Origin: Raja brachyura
Lineage: Eukaryota
Assembly: GCA_963514005.1 (NCBI GenBank)
Contig: OY740791.1
Location: 41,106,001 to 41,170,000, forward strand
Length of the DNA stretch: 64,000 nucleotides
Direction of reading: 5' to 3'
Shown here: piece by piece, positions 13,200-26,309 of the stretch
Layout of the letters: the number at the start of each line of letters is the position of its first letter
Position numbering within the stretch: position 1 is the stretch's first letter
The notes under the pieces: generated by a model
What the model was told of the DNA's origin: nothing
Database searches by the model: none
The model's input: only the letters and a program-made list of their open reading frames with translations
Translations under genes and position numbers: made by a program

Positions 13200-15108
13200 T
13201 AGTTGTGGGAGTGACAGCGCTGCCTTGGCAGCAGCGGCTCGCCTGCAGTCCGTCTGTTTTTCTTTTTTGTTGTTTTCTTGTCTTGTTTTAGCATGTTAAT
13301 TTGAGTTATTATGTAGTGTATGTGCGTGGGAGGGGTGGGAGAAACATTTTAGTCCCTTCCTTTTGGGGGGGGACGCGACTTTTCTTGTCGTATCCCCCGT
13401 CTCCGTCTCCATCTGCGCTGAGGCCTAATGGTAGAGCTGACAGCCTCCAACTGCGACCGACCTCGAGGCTACGGAGGCAGAGCCAGCCAGGACATACCAG
13501 CGCGAGGCTGGCCGACTTCGAGGCTGTGGCGGGTTCAGGCATTCCGGTGTTCCGGCGGCCCAACTCGGAGCTGTGGCGGCTTTCCGGTAGCGGTGGCGGC
13601 TGCAACGACTTTGGAGGTGGACGACATCGTCGGGAGCTCGCAGGTCACAGGTTGGTGACCTGTTTTTTCTGGAGCTCCCACGGCAACAGCTGCGTTCGCT
13701 GGACTGGAGGCCGGCAGCTTTGGCAGCTTCGACCGCCCCGGGCTGCGGAGTTGAACCGGCCCGTTCACGGAGCGCGGTTCAGCCACAGGACTTATTTACA
13801 TCACCCGGTGCGGTCACAACATCGGAGGCCCGGGTCGCCTCAGCGCAGAGGAAGAGGAAGAACAAGAAGGGAAGAGACAAAGACAAGATTTTTGCCTTCC
13901 ATCACAGTGAGGAGGTGTCTGGTGAACTCACTGTGGTGGATGTTAAATATGTGTTTATTGTGTGTTGTGTGGGCAGTGGGTTGTGTGTTATTTACGAAAT
14001 GTAGCAATGTTACAAAATTTTGAGATTTTAAAAATCAAGTCTGCAATTTATCCCATCAGATAAAGCATAAAAAGAAGTTTAATTTGACACCTAATTCACT
14101 TTCATATCTTCAGTATTAAGAAAGTTATGGCCATTTTCATACTCGGAAATTAGCATCTTGTTCCCCATTGCCTTTCAATTGACTTAACTCAAAAGCTGTG
14201 ATCTGGATCAGTTAAAAGCCCATAACTTTCTTAAAAATTAATAGAACTCAATGAAATTTTCACTTATTATAGATTGAAGCATTCTGAAATAAATATGAAA
14301 CAATCTTACTTGGATGACCTGAAATTAAAGCATATAATTAGTTAGTTATCTAATTGTAGCTAATTACAAAATTCAATGAGTAGATCTAAACTTCTATCCA
14401 TTTCTTAAGAAAAGATAAACTTTTTTTTAATTGCCTAAGTGTCCAAATAACATTCACATAATAATCCACAATATAACATAATTTTTAAATCTAATTTTCA
14501 TGAATTTATGGGCCAAATGGAAGGAATTTAGTGTTTGATTCCTGTAAATTAATGGCCATTTAAATCAACTAAGCGAGTGGGTTTTAGGGAATGCGGTGGA
14601 TTGGAAAGTTGCGGTTAGCGGTGAAGTCGGGAGGAAAAATACTGTTTGTTCATACATTTTTTTGGACCCCATTTCGCAACATGAAAATATTATTAAAGCC
14701 TCCCGAAAAACCAACTTTTAATATAAAAATAAACTACTTTTTTTCTCCCATACGCAAAATCCTTCCGGTTGTCGGTGCTCACGGCTTTTGAAGGTGATTT
14801 TTAAATTACTCTAGTTAATAAATAATTTAGAATAATTTAAAAATACCTTCATTCATGAAATGTCGGAGCGATTTTTCTTCCGCAACGAAATCGCCCGACA
14901 TGGATCGATTTTCCCTGCTTGTGGAAAAACGGCACTTTAAGCCCGCCCCCCTCTGAAAGGCACCAAAGTCACGCACACAGGGAGCGACAGAACTGCAGCG
15001 CTGTTCAAGGTAAGTTTTGTAACATACCTACTATATGTATGACTGCAGGCAACAAAATTTCGTTCAGACTGCAAGGTCTGAATGACAATAAAGTTTTCCA
15101 TGATTCCA
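13200..15108 (+). mobile_element. CpG-rich unclassified non-LTR/SINE-like element, interrupted by 14002-15030
   Basis: Interrupts the Rex1/Babar copy and ends in AATAAAG plus a (TTCCATGA)2 tandem tail. Confidence 0.5.
14002..15030 (-). mobile_element. ~1-kb TIR transposon, copy 2
   Basis: TAGCAATGTTACAAAA ... TTTTGTAACATACCTA. Flanks CGAAATG / CTATATG match at 5 of 7. Confidence 0.9.
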
Positions 15109-15905
15109 TGACTGGTTACATCACGGCCCGGTTCAGTAACTCGAACGCCCGGGAATGAAGAAGATTGCAAAAAGTAGTGAACACTGCTCAGTCAATCACA
15201 GGTACTGACCTCCCCACCATTGAAGAGATCCACAGAGTCGCTGCCACAAAAAGCCAGCCAGCATCATCAGAGACCCACACCACTTTGGCCACACTCTCAT
15301 TTCACTCCTGCCATCGGGAAGAAAGTCTAAAAACAGTAACGTCCTGGTTTAGGAGTAGTTTCTTCCCTACAACCATCAGGCTACTAAACATTACAAAATA
15401 AGCTTGGAACTTCATAGTGACAGCGCCCCCTCCCTTGGATACCAATCTGATCCCTATCACTGACTGACTGGCCAGGGGAGGCCAATACCTAGCATCATTG
15501 GTAACAGGAAAGGGGAAGAGGGAAGGGGGGAAGGGGGAAGGACTGCAGCGAGAAGCCTGAGATTGTCATGCCTCCTCAATTAAAGACCAGGACTGAACTA
15601 CCAGGGCAACTTCAAGATCACCAGCATCCATCGCACATGCAACCTGATGGTGAGGGCCAGCTCCTCTCTGGTCCTGGACTTTCTTACCACTGTAAATGTA
15701 ATATATCATGTGAGTTGCCCTTATTGCAAGTGTCGGTGTGGTCACTGCCGAAGCTGGGTAATCCCTGATTATTGTGGTGTTTGCAGAGTGTTATGTTTAT
15801 ATATCTGTTGTGCTGATGCAAGTAAGAATTTAATTGTTTCATTTTGGGACATGTGACAATAAAACACTTTTGATTTGTAATTTAAACTTTCCATGCTTCA
15901 CCTAC

Positions 15906-16202
15906 CACAAATGCCAGCTCACAGAGACAGGTGATCCACTGCATCACGTCATTCTTTGGAGCTGCCAGTATCCAGTTTTTATCCATGGTGTTAATGTAGA
16001 ATGCAGACATATCTTTTGGCGTATTTTCCACTTGAATCCGACTGATGCTGATACAGTTGGACAGACAAATTATCCTCTCCACTTTTTTGGAATTAAATTT
16101 GTCCAAGGACATGCTGCCGTCTTTTGCATCAAATTGCTCTAGTCTGGCAATGCTGTTTGAGCTCGCTGGATACAATATGAACCAACTTTTCTTCCAGATT
16201 TT
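15906..16202 (-). CDS. DOK3: DOK3-like exon 2 (PH domain)
   Basis: Acceptor tttcag|AAAATC and donor GTG|gtaggt. 99 codons, KIWKKSWFILYPASSNSIARLE...IICLSNCISI...WITCLCELAFV, typical of the DOK1-3 PH domain. Confidence 0.9.
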
Positions 16203-16289
16203 CTGAAATTACAAGAAGGGTTCAGTTAACACCGGGGCATAAAAGAAAATCGGATCTTCCCAGCACACTTGAACACTGAAAGCACAACT

Positions 16290-17085
16290 TTGGGAATAAC
16301 GGTAACATTGGTGGTATGGTGGACATAGAAGAGGTTTCTCTAAAGTTTCAGCAGGATCTAGATCAATTGGGAAATTTGGCAACGGAATGACATATGAAAT
16401 TTAACTCAGATGAGTGTGATGCACTTTGGGAAGTTAAACTGGGAATGGACATGGGCACGGAATGGCAGAGGTTTAGGTAATGCTGCCGAACAGAGAAACA
16501 AGAACATACTTTTTAAAGTAGCAACATAATCAGACAGTGAAGAAGGCCTAGGGTATGCTTGCTCACATCAGTCAAGGCACTGAGCATGAGAGTTTGGACC
16601 TCATGTTACAACTTTACAAGACCATGGTGAGACCCCACTAGGAGTATACAGTGTAGTTCTGGTCTCCATGCAATAGAAAGGATGTGATTAGGCTAGAGAG
16701 GGTGCAGAAATTATTCAACAGGATAATGCTGGAACTTGAGTTATAAGGAGAGATTGGGTAGGCTGGGGTGAAGGAGGTCAAGTGGTGTACTTATTGAAGT
16801 ACATAAAATCATGAGGAGCATAGAAAATATCATTGGTCGCAACCTTTTTCTCAGGGCAAGGTAGTCTGAAAACAAGAGGTCATATGTTTAGGGTTAGTGG
16901 GGAAAGAATTGACGGGAACCCGAGGGGCAACTTTGCCCATACAGGGTAAATGGAATGAGTTACCACAGGAAGAGGATGAAGCACAATTACAATCTTTACA
17001 GACATTTGGATGGTAAATGGATAGAAAATATTTTGCGGGATTTGGCCAAAATGCAGACAAATGGGACCAATTGAGGTTGTGTCAC
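16290..17085 (+). mobile_element. Decayed CR1 LINE 3' part
   Basis: LYKTMVRPH..FWSPCNRKDVIRLERVQK..TRIM. Confidence 0.75.
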
Positions 17086-17423
17086 AGCTCTAGCAAACCG
17101 CATTTAATCCAGACTTTGATCCAGTTTGTGTGGAGTTTATATTTTCTCCCACGTCGTAGTCAGTAGATCAATTACTCACCGTAGATTGCATGTATTGTGT
17201 TGATGATTGGAATGATGGGAATGTAGGGATAATAAAGTCAGGATTAATGTAAATAAGAGAATTGATGGGCTGAATGGCTGGATTACGTGGTCTTCGTGAT
17301 TTAAATATAATGTGCTGATAATATATATTATGCAATTGGACTATGCTGCTGTCTGTACAATGATCACCATTATTTAAAAAACATATTTGCTGATATAATC
17401 AGATCAAACACGAGAACATCGTA

Positions 17424-17816
17424 GATAGACATGAAATGCTGGAGTAACTCAGTGTGACAGTCAGCATCTCTGGAGAGAAGGAATGTGTGACGTTTCGGGT
17501 CGAGAACATCATAACTTGTTTCTCACTTATAGAAACCATTCCCGTCGTTAATGGCAATGATTCAGTGGGAAGCCTAACTCTCTTTACATTGTGCTTTTGA
17601 TTTCTTTAGTGCTTTGGAATTTCACCATCTAGAAAATGTAAGATTTTTCTTTGACACATTATTTGGCTTATTTTTCCAAACATATTATAGAACTTTCACT
17701 GTAGGAGGGAATTGTAGCTGCTGGTTTACACCGAAGATAGACACAAAATGTGGGACAGGCAGCATCCCTGAATAGAAGGAACGGATGACGTTTCGTATTG
17801 AGACCCTTCTTCAGAC
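17424..17816 (-). mobile_element. Two Penelope-like tail fragments (17424-17503, 17700-17816)
   Basis: GACGTTTCG...GAGACCCTTCTTCAGAC motif shared with the copies at 4909 and 25745. Confidence 0.7.
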
Positions 17817-18139
17817 CATTGACTTTCTGCTTGTCCGATCTGTACCACATAACAGCGTACTAAATTTAGCCTTATTCAAACCAAAAAAACATACTTCTTG
17901 ATTTAGGAGTTTTAAAGGTTTGCACGCTCATTTTCAGAATAAAGCTGAAGACTGTGTGGCTAAATTATTGCAGGCACTTCCTAAATATGGCAAGTCAGTA
18001 AATAAGGGCCACTGGGAATTGTCATAGGGCAAACCAGCATGAAAACAGGCCCTTTGGCGAACCTTGTCTATGCTGACAAAGTTGACATTTTGGGTTGGTC
18101 CCATTTGCAGCATTTGGCTCGTAGCCTTCTAAACCCTTA

Positions 18140-21100
18140 AGGGCCTGTCCCACTTGGTCGTCATTTGGGTGACATTTAGGCGACAGCCTAAAAAGAGGTT
18201 GTCGCGTCGTGGTCGGGTCGTGACACGGACGTGACGAGTGGTGAGACGTGGTGACACATGCAGTGACGCGCGGTAATGCGCGGTGCTTCACTGTCGCCCC
18301 AGGATTTTGGAATGTTCAAACTCCTGGGGCGACATTTGGGTGTCTCATCATGTTATGCGCTCTGTCATACTTTTCACAGGGATAGATTCACTGAGTGTAG
18401 AGTGAACTCCCCTCTTCCCCCCTCCCACCCCCATCCCTCCTCCACTCCCCACTGCCCTTCTCCCCTCCCCTCTCCCCCCTTCTTCCCTTTCCCCCTCTTC
18501 CTCTCTTCACTCCACTCCACTCTTCTCCCCCTTATCCACTACCCCCCTCCCTCACATCCCCTTCTCCCCCTCTCCCTCCCATTCCCCACCCCACCCCCAC
18601 TTTCCCCGATGCCCCCCCATTTGTGGACACAGCCTGCGACAAGCGATCCCCCACACACTATCCCACGCACGCTACGGACAATCTATACAAACCTGTGCGT
18701 CTTTGGAGTGCGGGAGGACACCCTAACCCGAGCCCTAACCCTAACCCTAGCTCTAACCATAGCTTCAGCCTGCTCCTCATGGGAACTAAACTGTTAGCCA
18801 TGAGTTGTTAGTGGGATCTAGCAGTCACAGGCTGGGTCCACAAATGTGGGGCGTCCCCCTCTCCTCCCTTTTCCCCGCTCCACTCTTCTCCCCCTTATTC
18901 ACTACCCCCTCCCCTCACATCCCCTTCTCCCCTCTCCCTCCCCTCTCCCTCCCTTCTCCCTTTCTCCAAACCCCCCCCCCCCATCTCCCCCCCCCCCCAC
19001 TTTCCCCGACACCCCCCATTTGTGGACCCAGCCTGTGAGAGCTAGATCCCACTAACAGTACTAAATCATTTGTTTTAGTAACATTGACTATGGGATAAAT
19101 GCTGACTTTGGGAACAACACCTCCGCCCCCTCGCCTTGCTTCAAAATGGGTGGTGGGTACTTAAACTCAGTGGCCGGAGCAGGTGGGTGGCACTGGTACA
19201 TTGACAACATTGCCTGTACCCAGTTGAAAAGCCTGCTGCCTCTGGGGGTTTGGTGAGACCATTGGAAGATTAGATCCAAACCAGAAATACATGGATATAA
19301 TACCGATACAACAACTAATAAAATATCTTTATACGCAGATGATGTCTTGATTTATATTACAAAACTGGAAATTAGTATCCCAAATTTGTTTAATGTCATA
19401 AATAAGTTTGGCACATTTTCTGGATATAGGATTAATTGGAACAAAAGTGAAATTATGCCAGTAACTGAAACAAATTTAAATATATTACAACAATACCCAT
19501 TAAAAGTAGTAAAAGATAAATTTAAATACTTAGGGATTAATGTAACTAAATCATATAATTCTTTAATTAAATCTAATTATCCTCAATTATTAGACAAACT
19601 TTAAAAAAATATTTTATATTGGAAAACGCTTCCTATTTCTATGATTGGTAGAATAAACGCCATAAAGATGGTTTTTTTACCACAACTTTTATATTTGTTT
19701 CAGGCTATTCCTTTTTTTCTCCCGAAAACCTTTTTTAAAAAAATTGATAATATTGTTAATAGTTTTATTTGGGATTATAAAAATCATAGAATAAGTAAAA
19801 AACATCTATGTAAATCTAAGATAAATGGAGGACTAGCACTCCCAAATTTTTTATATTATTTTTGGGCTGTTCAGATTAAGAATATGAATTTTTGGTGGGT
19901 ACATATGGATAATGTACCAATATGGTCAAGTATAGAAAAGGAAGACTGTTTACCTTTCAGCGTAGGCTCGATTATATTTGCGCCAAAGGAGGTACACAAA
20001 AAAAATTATAGGGACAATCCCATAATTTATAATATTAGACGTATTTGGAAACAAATAGTTAAGACTCTACACTTAGATAATCTTTCACTCAGACTTCCAA
20101 TTATGAATAATCCATTATTTAAACCTTCAATATTAGATGGAGGGTTTAGACGCTGGAATGACTTAGGAATTAAAAGGTTAGAACATCTTTATAGAAAAGG
20201 AAAATTTATTTTATTCCAGGAGTTACAAGATATTTATGGACTGTCTCCGCAACATTTGTTTAGGTACTTACAAATCAGAGATTACATTAAAACTAATACA
20301 CAAGATTACAAAAATAAAGAACCAGGATTATTAGATGATTTGTTTAATTTGCACCCAAATACAGAAAAATTAATAGCTTACATATACAATATCATTTTGG
20401 ATAAAGAGAATCCAACAACTGAAATGTATCAGCAAGCATGGGAAAATGAAATTGGATTAGCTATAACTAAAGAAAATTGGGAAGAAAGTCTACAACGAAT
20501 ACATCGGTGTTCATTAAACGCCAGGCACATATTGATTCAATATAAAGTATTATATAGATTACATTATTCCAAAACTAAATTAAATAGTATTTTTCCTAAT
20601 ATTTCTTCTATCTGTGATAAGTGTAGAAATTCAGAAGCAAACTTAATACATAGTTTTGTTACATGTCCTAAATTGAATTATTACTGGACAGAAATTTTTA
20701 AAGTTATTTCTGAAGTCCTTAAAGTTAAATTGGATCCTGACCCAAAGTTAATAATAATTGGAATCCCTGACTTAAATTTGGCACTTACAGGTAATCAAAG
20801 AAATTTCTTAGATTACTGTTTGATAATTGGGAAAAAAATTATTTTGAAATTTTGGAAGGGAATATCAATCCCCACAACTAAAATGTGGGCAGCAGAAATG
20901 TTGGAGACGCTACATCTGGAAGGAATTAGATTTGTCCTATTGGACGAATATAATTCCTTCGAACAGATGTGGTCTCCATACATACAGTATTTAGAGAAGT
21001 AGCTGTTCTTGGCAACACGGCTCGACGGGCACCCTGCGGGATTCGGCGGGAATGACTCATTTTCACATTGGGATTGACATGCATGTTCTCATGGTTATTA

Positions 21101-21817
21101 TTATCTGTAATAGCTTTATCGATAATGTATATTGCTGTTTTGTTTACATACACATATATATAATATTCTATCAGTTTTTTTTGTTTTTTTTTGATAACTT
21201 TTTTCTTTTTCTCTTTTTTTCTCTTTCTTATATATAATCAAATTATTATTTAATCACATCTTTAATGATTTATATCTGTTCTATTCTTCTTTTTCTATCT
21301 ATATATCAAAAAAAATAGAGTATAAGAAGAATTATTAATGCATTGTTTGTAAAATAATGGATTTAAGTTGACGTTTGGAAAGTTGTTAAAAGCATTATAA
21401 TTGGTTACTTTTAATAAAAATATTTAAAAAAAAAAAAGACCATTGGAAGAGAGATCTGCCTCTGGGACAACTCGTGGCCAACAGTTTAGTTCCCATGGTG
21501 AGCAGGCAGAACATTGGGGGTTCGAGTCCAACCCATGTGGCCCCTGTATCAGATTTAGTTCAGAGATACAGTGCCCTTCGGCCCACTGAGTACACACCGA
21601 CCAGCGATCCACTGCACACTATCCCACACACGCTAGGGACAATTTATACTTATACCAAGCCTGTCAACCTAGAGTTAGGGTTACAATTACGGTTAGGGCT
21701 AGGGCTAAGGTTAGGGTTAGGGTTTGGGTTTCCTCCCACTCTCCAAAGGCGCACAGGTTTGTATAAATTGTCCCTCGCGTGTGTGGGCAAGTGTGTCGCC
21801 CAAGTGGGACAGGCCCT
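18140..21817. mobile_element. PIF/Harbinger-like non-autonomous element with internal inverted repeats and an L1 insertion
   Basis: TIR AGGGCCTGTCCCACTTGG / CCAAGTGGGACAGGCCCT. About 1.5 kb remains once the L1 is removed. Confidence 0.8.
19270..21436 (+). mobile_element. 5'-truncated L1 LINE (ORF2 RT C-half, CCHC finger, 3'UTR, polyA)
   Basis: KISLYADDVLIY, FSGYRINWNKSE, CDKC..ANLIHSFVTC. One in-frame stop at 19602-19604. AATAAA plus A-tail. 14-bp TSD AGACCATTGGAAGA at 19256-19269 and 21437-21450. Confidence 0.92.
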
Positions 21818-23530
21818 TTTCTATCCATACAGCGCATTCAGAAAGTATTCAGACCCCTTCACTTTTCCCACATTTTGTTACGTTACAGCCTTATTTTTAA
21901 TCCATTTTTTTGATCATCAATCTACACACAATACCCCAGAATTAAGAAGTGAAAATAAATGTGTTTAGAAATTTTTGCAAAGTAATTGAAAAGTAAAAAA
22001 ATGAAATATCACATTTACATAAGTATTCAGACCCTTTGCTCTGACACTCAAAATTGAACTTAGGTTCATCCTGTTTCCACTGATTGTTCTTGAGATGTTT
22101 CTACAACTTGATTGGAGTCTACCAGTGGTAAATTAAATTGAATGGACATGATTTGGAAAGGCACACACCTGTCTATATAAGGTCCCACAGTTGACAGTGC
22201 AAGTCAGAGCAAAAACCAAGTCATGAAGAAATTGTCTGTAGACCTCTGAGACGGGATTGTGTCGAGACATAGATCTCGACACAATTTCTACGACATTACA
22301 GGTCCAGAAGAGCACAGTGACCTCCATCATTCTTAAATGGAAGAACTTTGGAACCACTAGGACTCTTCATAGAGCTGGCTGCCCGACCATAGTGAGCAAT
22401 CGGGGGAGAAGGGCCTTGGTCAGGGAGGTGACCAAGAACCCAATGGATCTGTGGAGATGGTAGAACCTTCCGGAAGGACAACTTAATCTGTAGCACTCCA
22501 CCACTCAAGCCTTTATGGTGGAGTGGCCAGACGGAAGCCACTCCTCAGTAAAAGGCACATGACAGCCCGCTTGGAGTTTGCCAAAAGGCATGAGAAACAA
22601 GATTCTTTGGTTTGATGAAACCAAGATTGAACTCTTTGGCCTGAATGCCAAGCATCACGTCTGGAGGAAACCAGGCACCGCTCATCACCTGGCCAATACC
22701 ATACCTGGTGGTGGCAGCATCATGCTGTGGGGATATGTTTCAGCTGCAGGAACTGAGAGAGTAGTCAGTATTGAGGGAAAGATGAACGGAGCAAAGTACA
22801 GAGAGATCCTTGATGAAAACCTACTCCAGAGGGTCCTCAGACTGGGACGGAAGTTCACTTTCCAACAGGACAACGACCTTAAGCACACAGCCAAGACAAC
22901 ACAGGAGTTGCTTTGTGACAAGTCTGAGAATGCCCTTGAGTGGCGCAGCCAGAGCTGGACTTGAACCCAATTGAACATCCCTGGAGGCAATGACGAGGCC
23001 AGGGTGTCAGGATGGCAAATGGGCCCCTGATGAAGTGGGCCTCCTATATCAAATAAAAATACAATAAAGAAACAAACACAGACAACTGTTTTAGTAATAA
23101 AAAGGAAGTGGTGGAGTAGACTTGATGGGCTGTTATGCCTAATTCTGCTCCTCAAACTAATGAACATTACTAAAATAAAGATCAGATTATTTGATCAGAA
23201 TCACATTTCTGCTTGTGGGAAATTGCAAGGTGCGAACTGTGTTCCATGTCTCCTGCACTGCACTAGGCAGGCAAGACCGGCGGGCTTGAAAGGAAGTAAT
23301 TGGAGGAAGAGAGGGAAGGAAGCTACCAAGCCCGACATCTGTTTGTCCCCTGAGGAGCGGAGAACCAGAGAGGAGGGTGGATGGAGCCGGCGATGGCAGA
23401 TGCAGGAGCCGGTAAGACAGTGAACTAATGACAGTGACTGGCTTACCTTCAGCGCCATCAAGGTTGGCTGCGGGAGGTGCCACGGGGCACAAAGGCTGAA
23501 GGTGGCCGGGGGAGAAGAGGTAAATGGTAA

Positions 23531-25200
23531 AGATTCACTTCTGTTTCATATGTAGGTAAAATTATAATATTTTCTCTGCAATATGTATGTATCATTCATA
23601 AGGGATTAAGAATCAATAAAAGGATATCTTTAACAATTTTATTTCCTTTTATTGTGCTTTAGTTAAGTAAAACGATTAAGAGATTGCATGGGCACGGAAA
23701 TGTATTGGGGAAAAAAATTGAAAAAACTTATGGCTGATTAATCTGATTTAAAACAATCAGAATTATTGTTTTTTATTTTGCTGATGCTAAAAATAGTGTA
23801 TTTAAATTGTGTGGATGTATATGGCAGGTAGCTAGAATTACACTGAAAGTCTAATTAAAAAAAATATCCATGATATCAACAGGGGCGAACTATCTTTGAG
23901 TTAAAATTAGTTAATAAAATATACATTAATTCAATCTCACAGGTCTTATTTTATAATAATTACTTACAATTTTCTCTGATTTCACTGCTCCAGTGTGATT
24001 TTTAATTCTTTTAAAAGATTCTCCCAATACTTAAAAGACACCAAATAATAATATACTTCCAAATAATTTCGGTTGGCATATGAGAAAATGTTGTATCAAA
24101 GATTTGTCCAATATTTGTCATGCACACTTGAAAAGCCTCAGCCTGCCTCCCCCCCCCCCCCCCCCCCCCCCATCCTCTTATTGAAGAGATTTTTTTAACT
24201 TTGAGTTTATATATACGTATAAAAGATCATTGTTGCATATAACTTCTCGTTGCATTGTTCACCAGTCGGTCAGGCGTGGCGTGGCTCCTTTACCATTCTT
24301 TTAATATTTTTTTGAGTTTTGTAATTTTTTTTATTGGTAAACAATATCCAAGTTCAGCTACATGAGAGTTCAAACTTAGATATTAGAAAAACATAATTAT
24401 CTGGTTATCAGCGATTGCATTGAAAATATTATATGAAAAGTTAATGAAGCCTGTTCTTCAGCATATGATATATGCTTGAATATAAGTTATTGTTAAAGCT
24501 ATGTGAGAGGTATTATCAATATTCAGGATTTTTTCATATTTTCTTGTGAATCATTGTTCTCAGTGATGAACTTTAAGTATCATAATAGTAGTAGCCTTAC
24601 GGATGAAACTGGTAGTGTTTGCATATCTCTCAAGGTTAACAAATATAAACCGAATATAAAATATTTGTCATCAGCGATGCAGCAGCAGAAGTCTCAATGA
24701 TGCTAAATGTATAAAACGTCCACAATTTTTCTTTCTCTATTTTTGATTTGATATTTACTGCTAAAGGTTGGTAAATTCACCTGTTTCATAAATTATGTAG
24801 GTTAATTAACATTATAATATTTTCTCTGCAATTTTTATGTATCATTCGTAAGGGATTAAGAATCAATAAAAGAACATCTTTAATAACTTTATTACCTTTT
24901 ATTGTGCTTTAGTCAAGTAAAACGATTATGAGATTCCATGGGCACTGAAATGTATTGGAAAAACGTGAAAAAAAACATGGCTGATTGATCTGATATAGAA
25001 AAAAACCCATTCAGAATTGTTTATTATTTTGCTGATGCTAAAATAGCGTCTTTAAATTGTGTGGATGTATATGGCAGCTAGAATTACATTGAAAGTTTAA
25101 TTTACAAAAATATCCATGCTATCAACAGAGCCGAACTACCTTTGAGTAAAAATCAGTCACTAAATTTTCCATTCATTCAATCTCACAGAACTTATCTTAC
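23531..25200 (+). repeat. ~430-bp diverged direct duplication inside the hAT (23531-23960 and 24772-25200)
   Basis: Shared blocks such as TTATAATATTTTCTCTGCAAT, AAGGGATTAAGAATCAATAAAAG and TTTAAATTGTGTGGATGTATATGGCAG. Confidence 0.85.
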
Positions 25201-25742
25201 AATGGTGAGGCTAACCTCATTATAGTCTGTCAAGTTTATCCTGAAACATATAGGCGTGGCAAGACCGAGTGCCCTGTTGCCACATTTATCATTATCAGGT
25301 AGTAAATAATTTTTATTCAAAGATCAATTTAAAAAAAAAAAAGCAATAGTGGACAGCTGGAGGTCCTTGCTGAAATTCAAAGTATATACATATTGCCGTC
25401 AGTAATTTTTGAAAAAAAAAATTTCATGTTAGAAACACGTGGCAGCTGTTTTGACGAACGCTACCAGTTCTCTGTATGAATTTAAAAGATAAAGGGTCAG
25501 TTAGCAAGTATGTGTTATTTTTCTAAGATCCTCGATTCTTGAAAACGAATTGACCGCTCAAGCCTTAGCTTTAAAGAGACGGCGCTCTTTTTTCGATTTT
25601 GAGAACTCCTAGGCTGGCCTAGGACAAGTGGTGTGATTTTACATTCTTCCATTCTATTTAGGCTATTTGGTAACGAGGTAGGCTAGGCCTCGGTCTAATT
25701 TACTTAAAAAAACTATTTACCCATTTCTTTCATATATGAGTG

Positions 25743-25871
25743 TTAAAGAGGGAATTGCAGATGCTGGAGAATCGAGGGTTACACAAAAGCTGGAGAAACT
25801 CAGCGGGTGCAGCAGCATCTAAGGACCGAAGGAGATAGGCGACGTTTCGGGTCGAGACCCTTCTTCAGACT
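25743..25871 (-). mobile_element. Penelope-like tail with an intact hammerhead-like core, inside the hAT
   Basis: Near-identical to 4909-5036. Confidence 0.8.
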
Positions 25872-26309
25872 CGTGTGATATTTGTTATGGAAATGACTAG
25901 TTAAAAATTATAAGGCGAAGTTGAATATGAATTAAATGAAATTTCCTAAGCATAACCATACCTAACATAACTAAAGTAAACAATCAAATCTGATCAAAGT
26001 ATATTTATCCTAGTAAAGTATCTGAGATGGACCTTCTGTCAAGGTTTGGTTTTGAAAAATAAAATTTATTTTAGTTTTTGGGCCGATGTGCTTATTTTTT
26101 GCCTGGTTTTAAGTTGTATCAACCAGTCAACCACATGGTTAAAACAGTATGGTTAAACAATAACTAAAATATTTAAAAATATATAATCAAAGTATATTTA
26201 TCCGAGTGATGTATTAGTAATTATATATTAAAAAAGAATTATATGTTCATTTTTCCCAATGTGAACTATTTTTAATTGTTTTTATTTCAGGAATAGTACC
26301 CCTACCAGC

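Larger units (their letters stand above)
11215..15400 (+). mobile_element. Rex1/Babar-type LINE split into 11215-11526, 12953-13190 and 15109-15400 by later insertions
   Basis: [26 protein letters not shown], then KTEELIVDF, VERIKNFKFL and LQKVVNTAQSITGTDLP in collinear order. Confidence 0.8.

Noticed and set aside
13301-14023. 240-aa ORF
   Set aside because: Lies in a GC-rich repeat with ORFs in several frames, has no domain motif, and runs into a TIR element.
18276-19055. Pro-rich ORFs
   Set aside because: Translation of a duplicated C-rich low-complexity tract inside a MITE.
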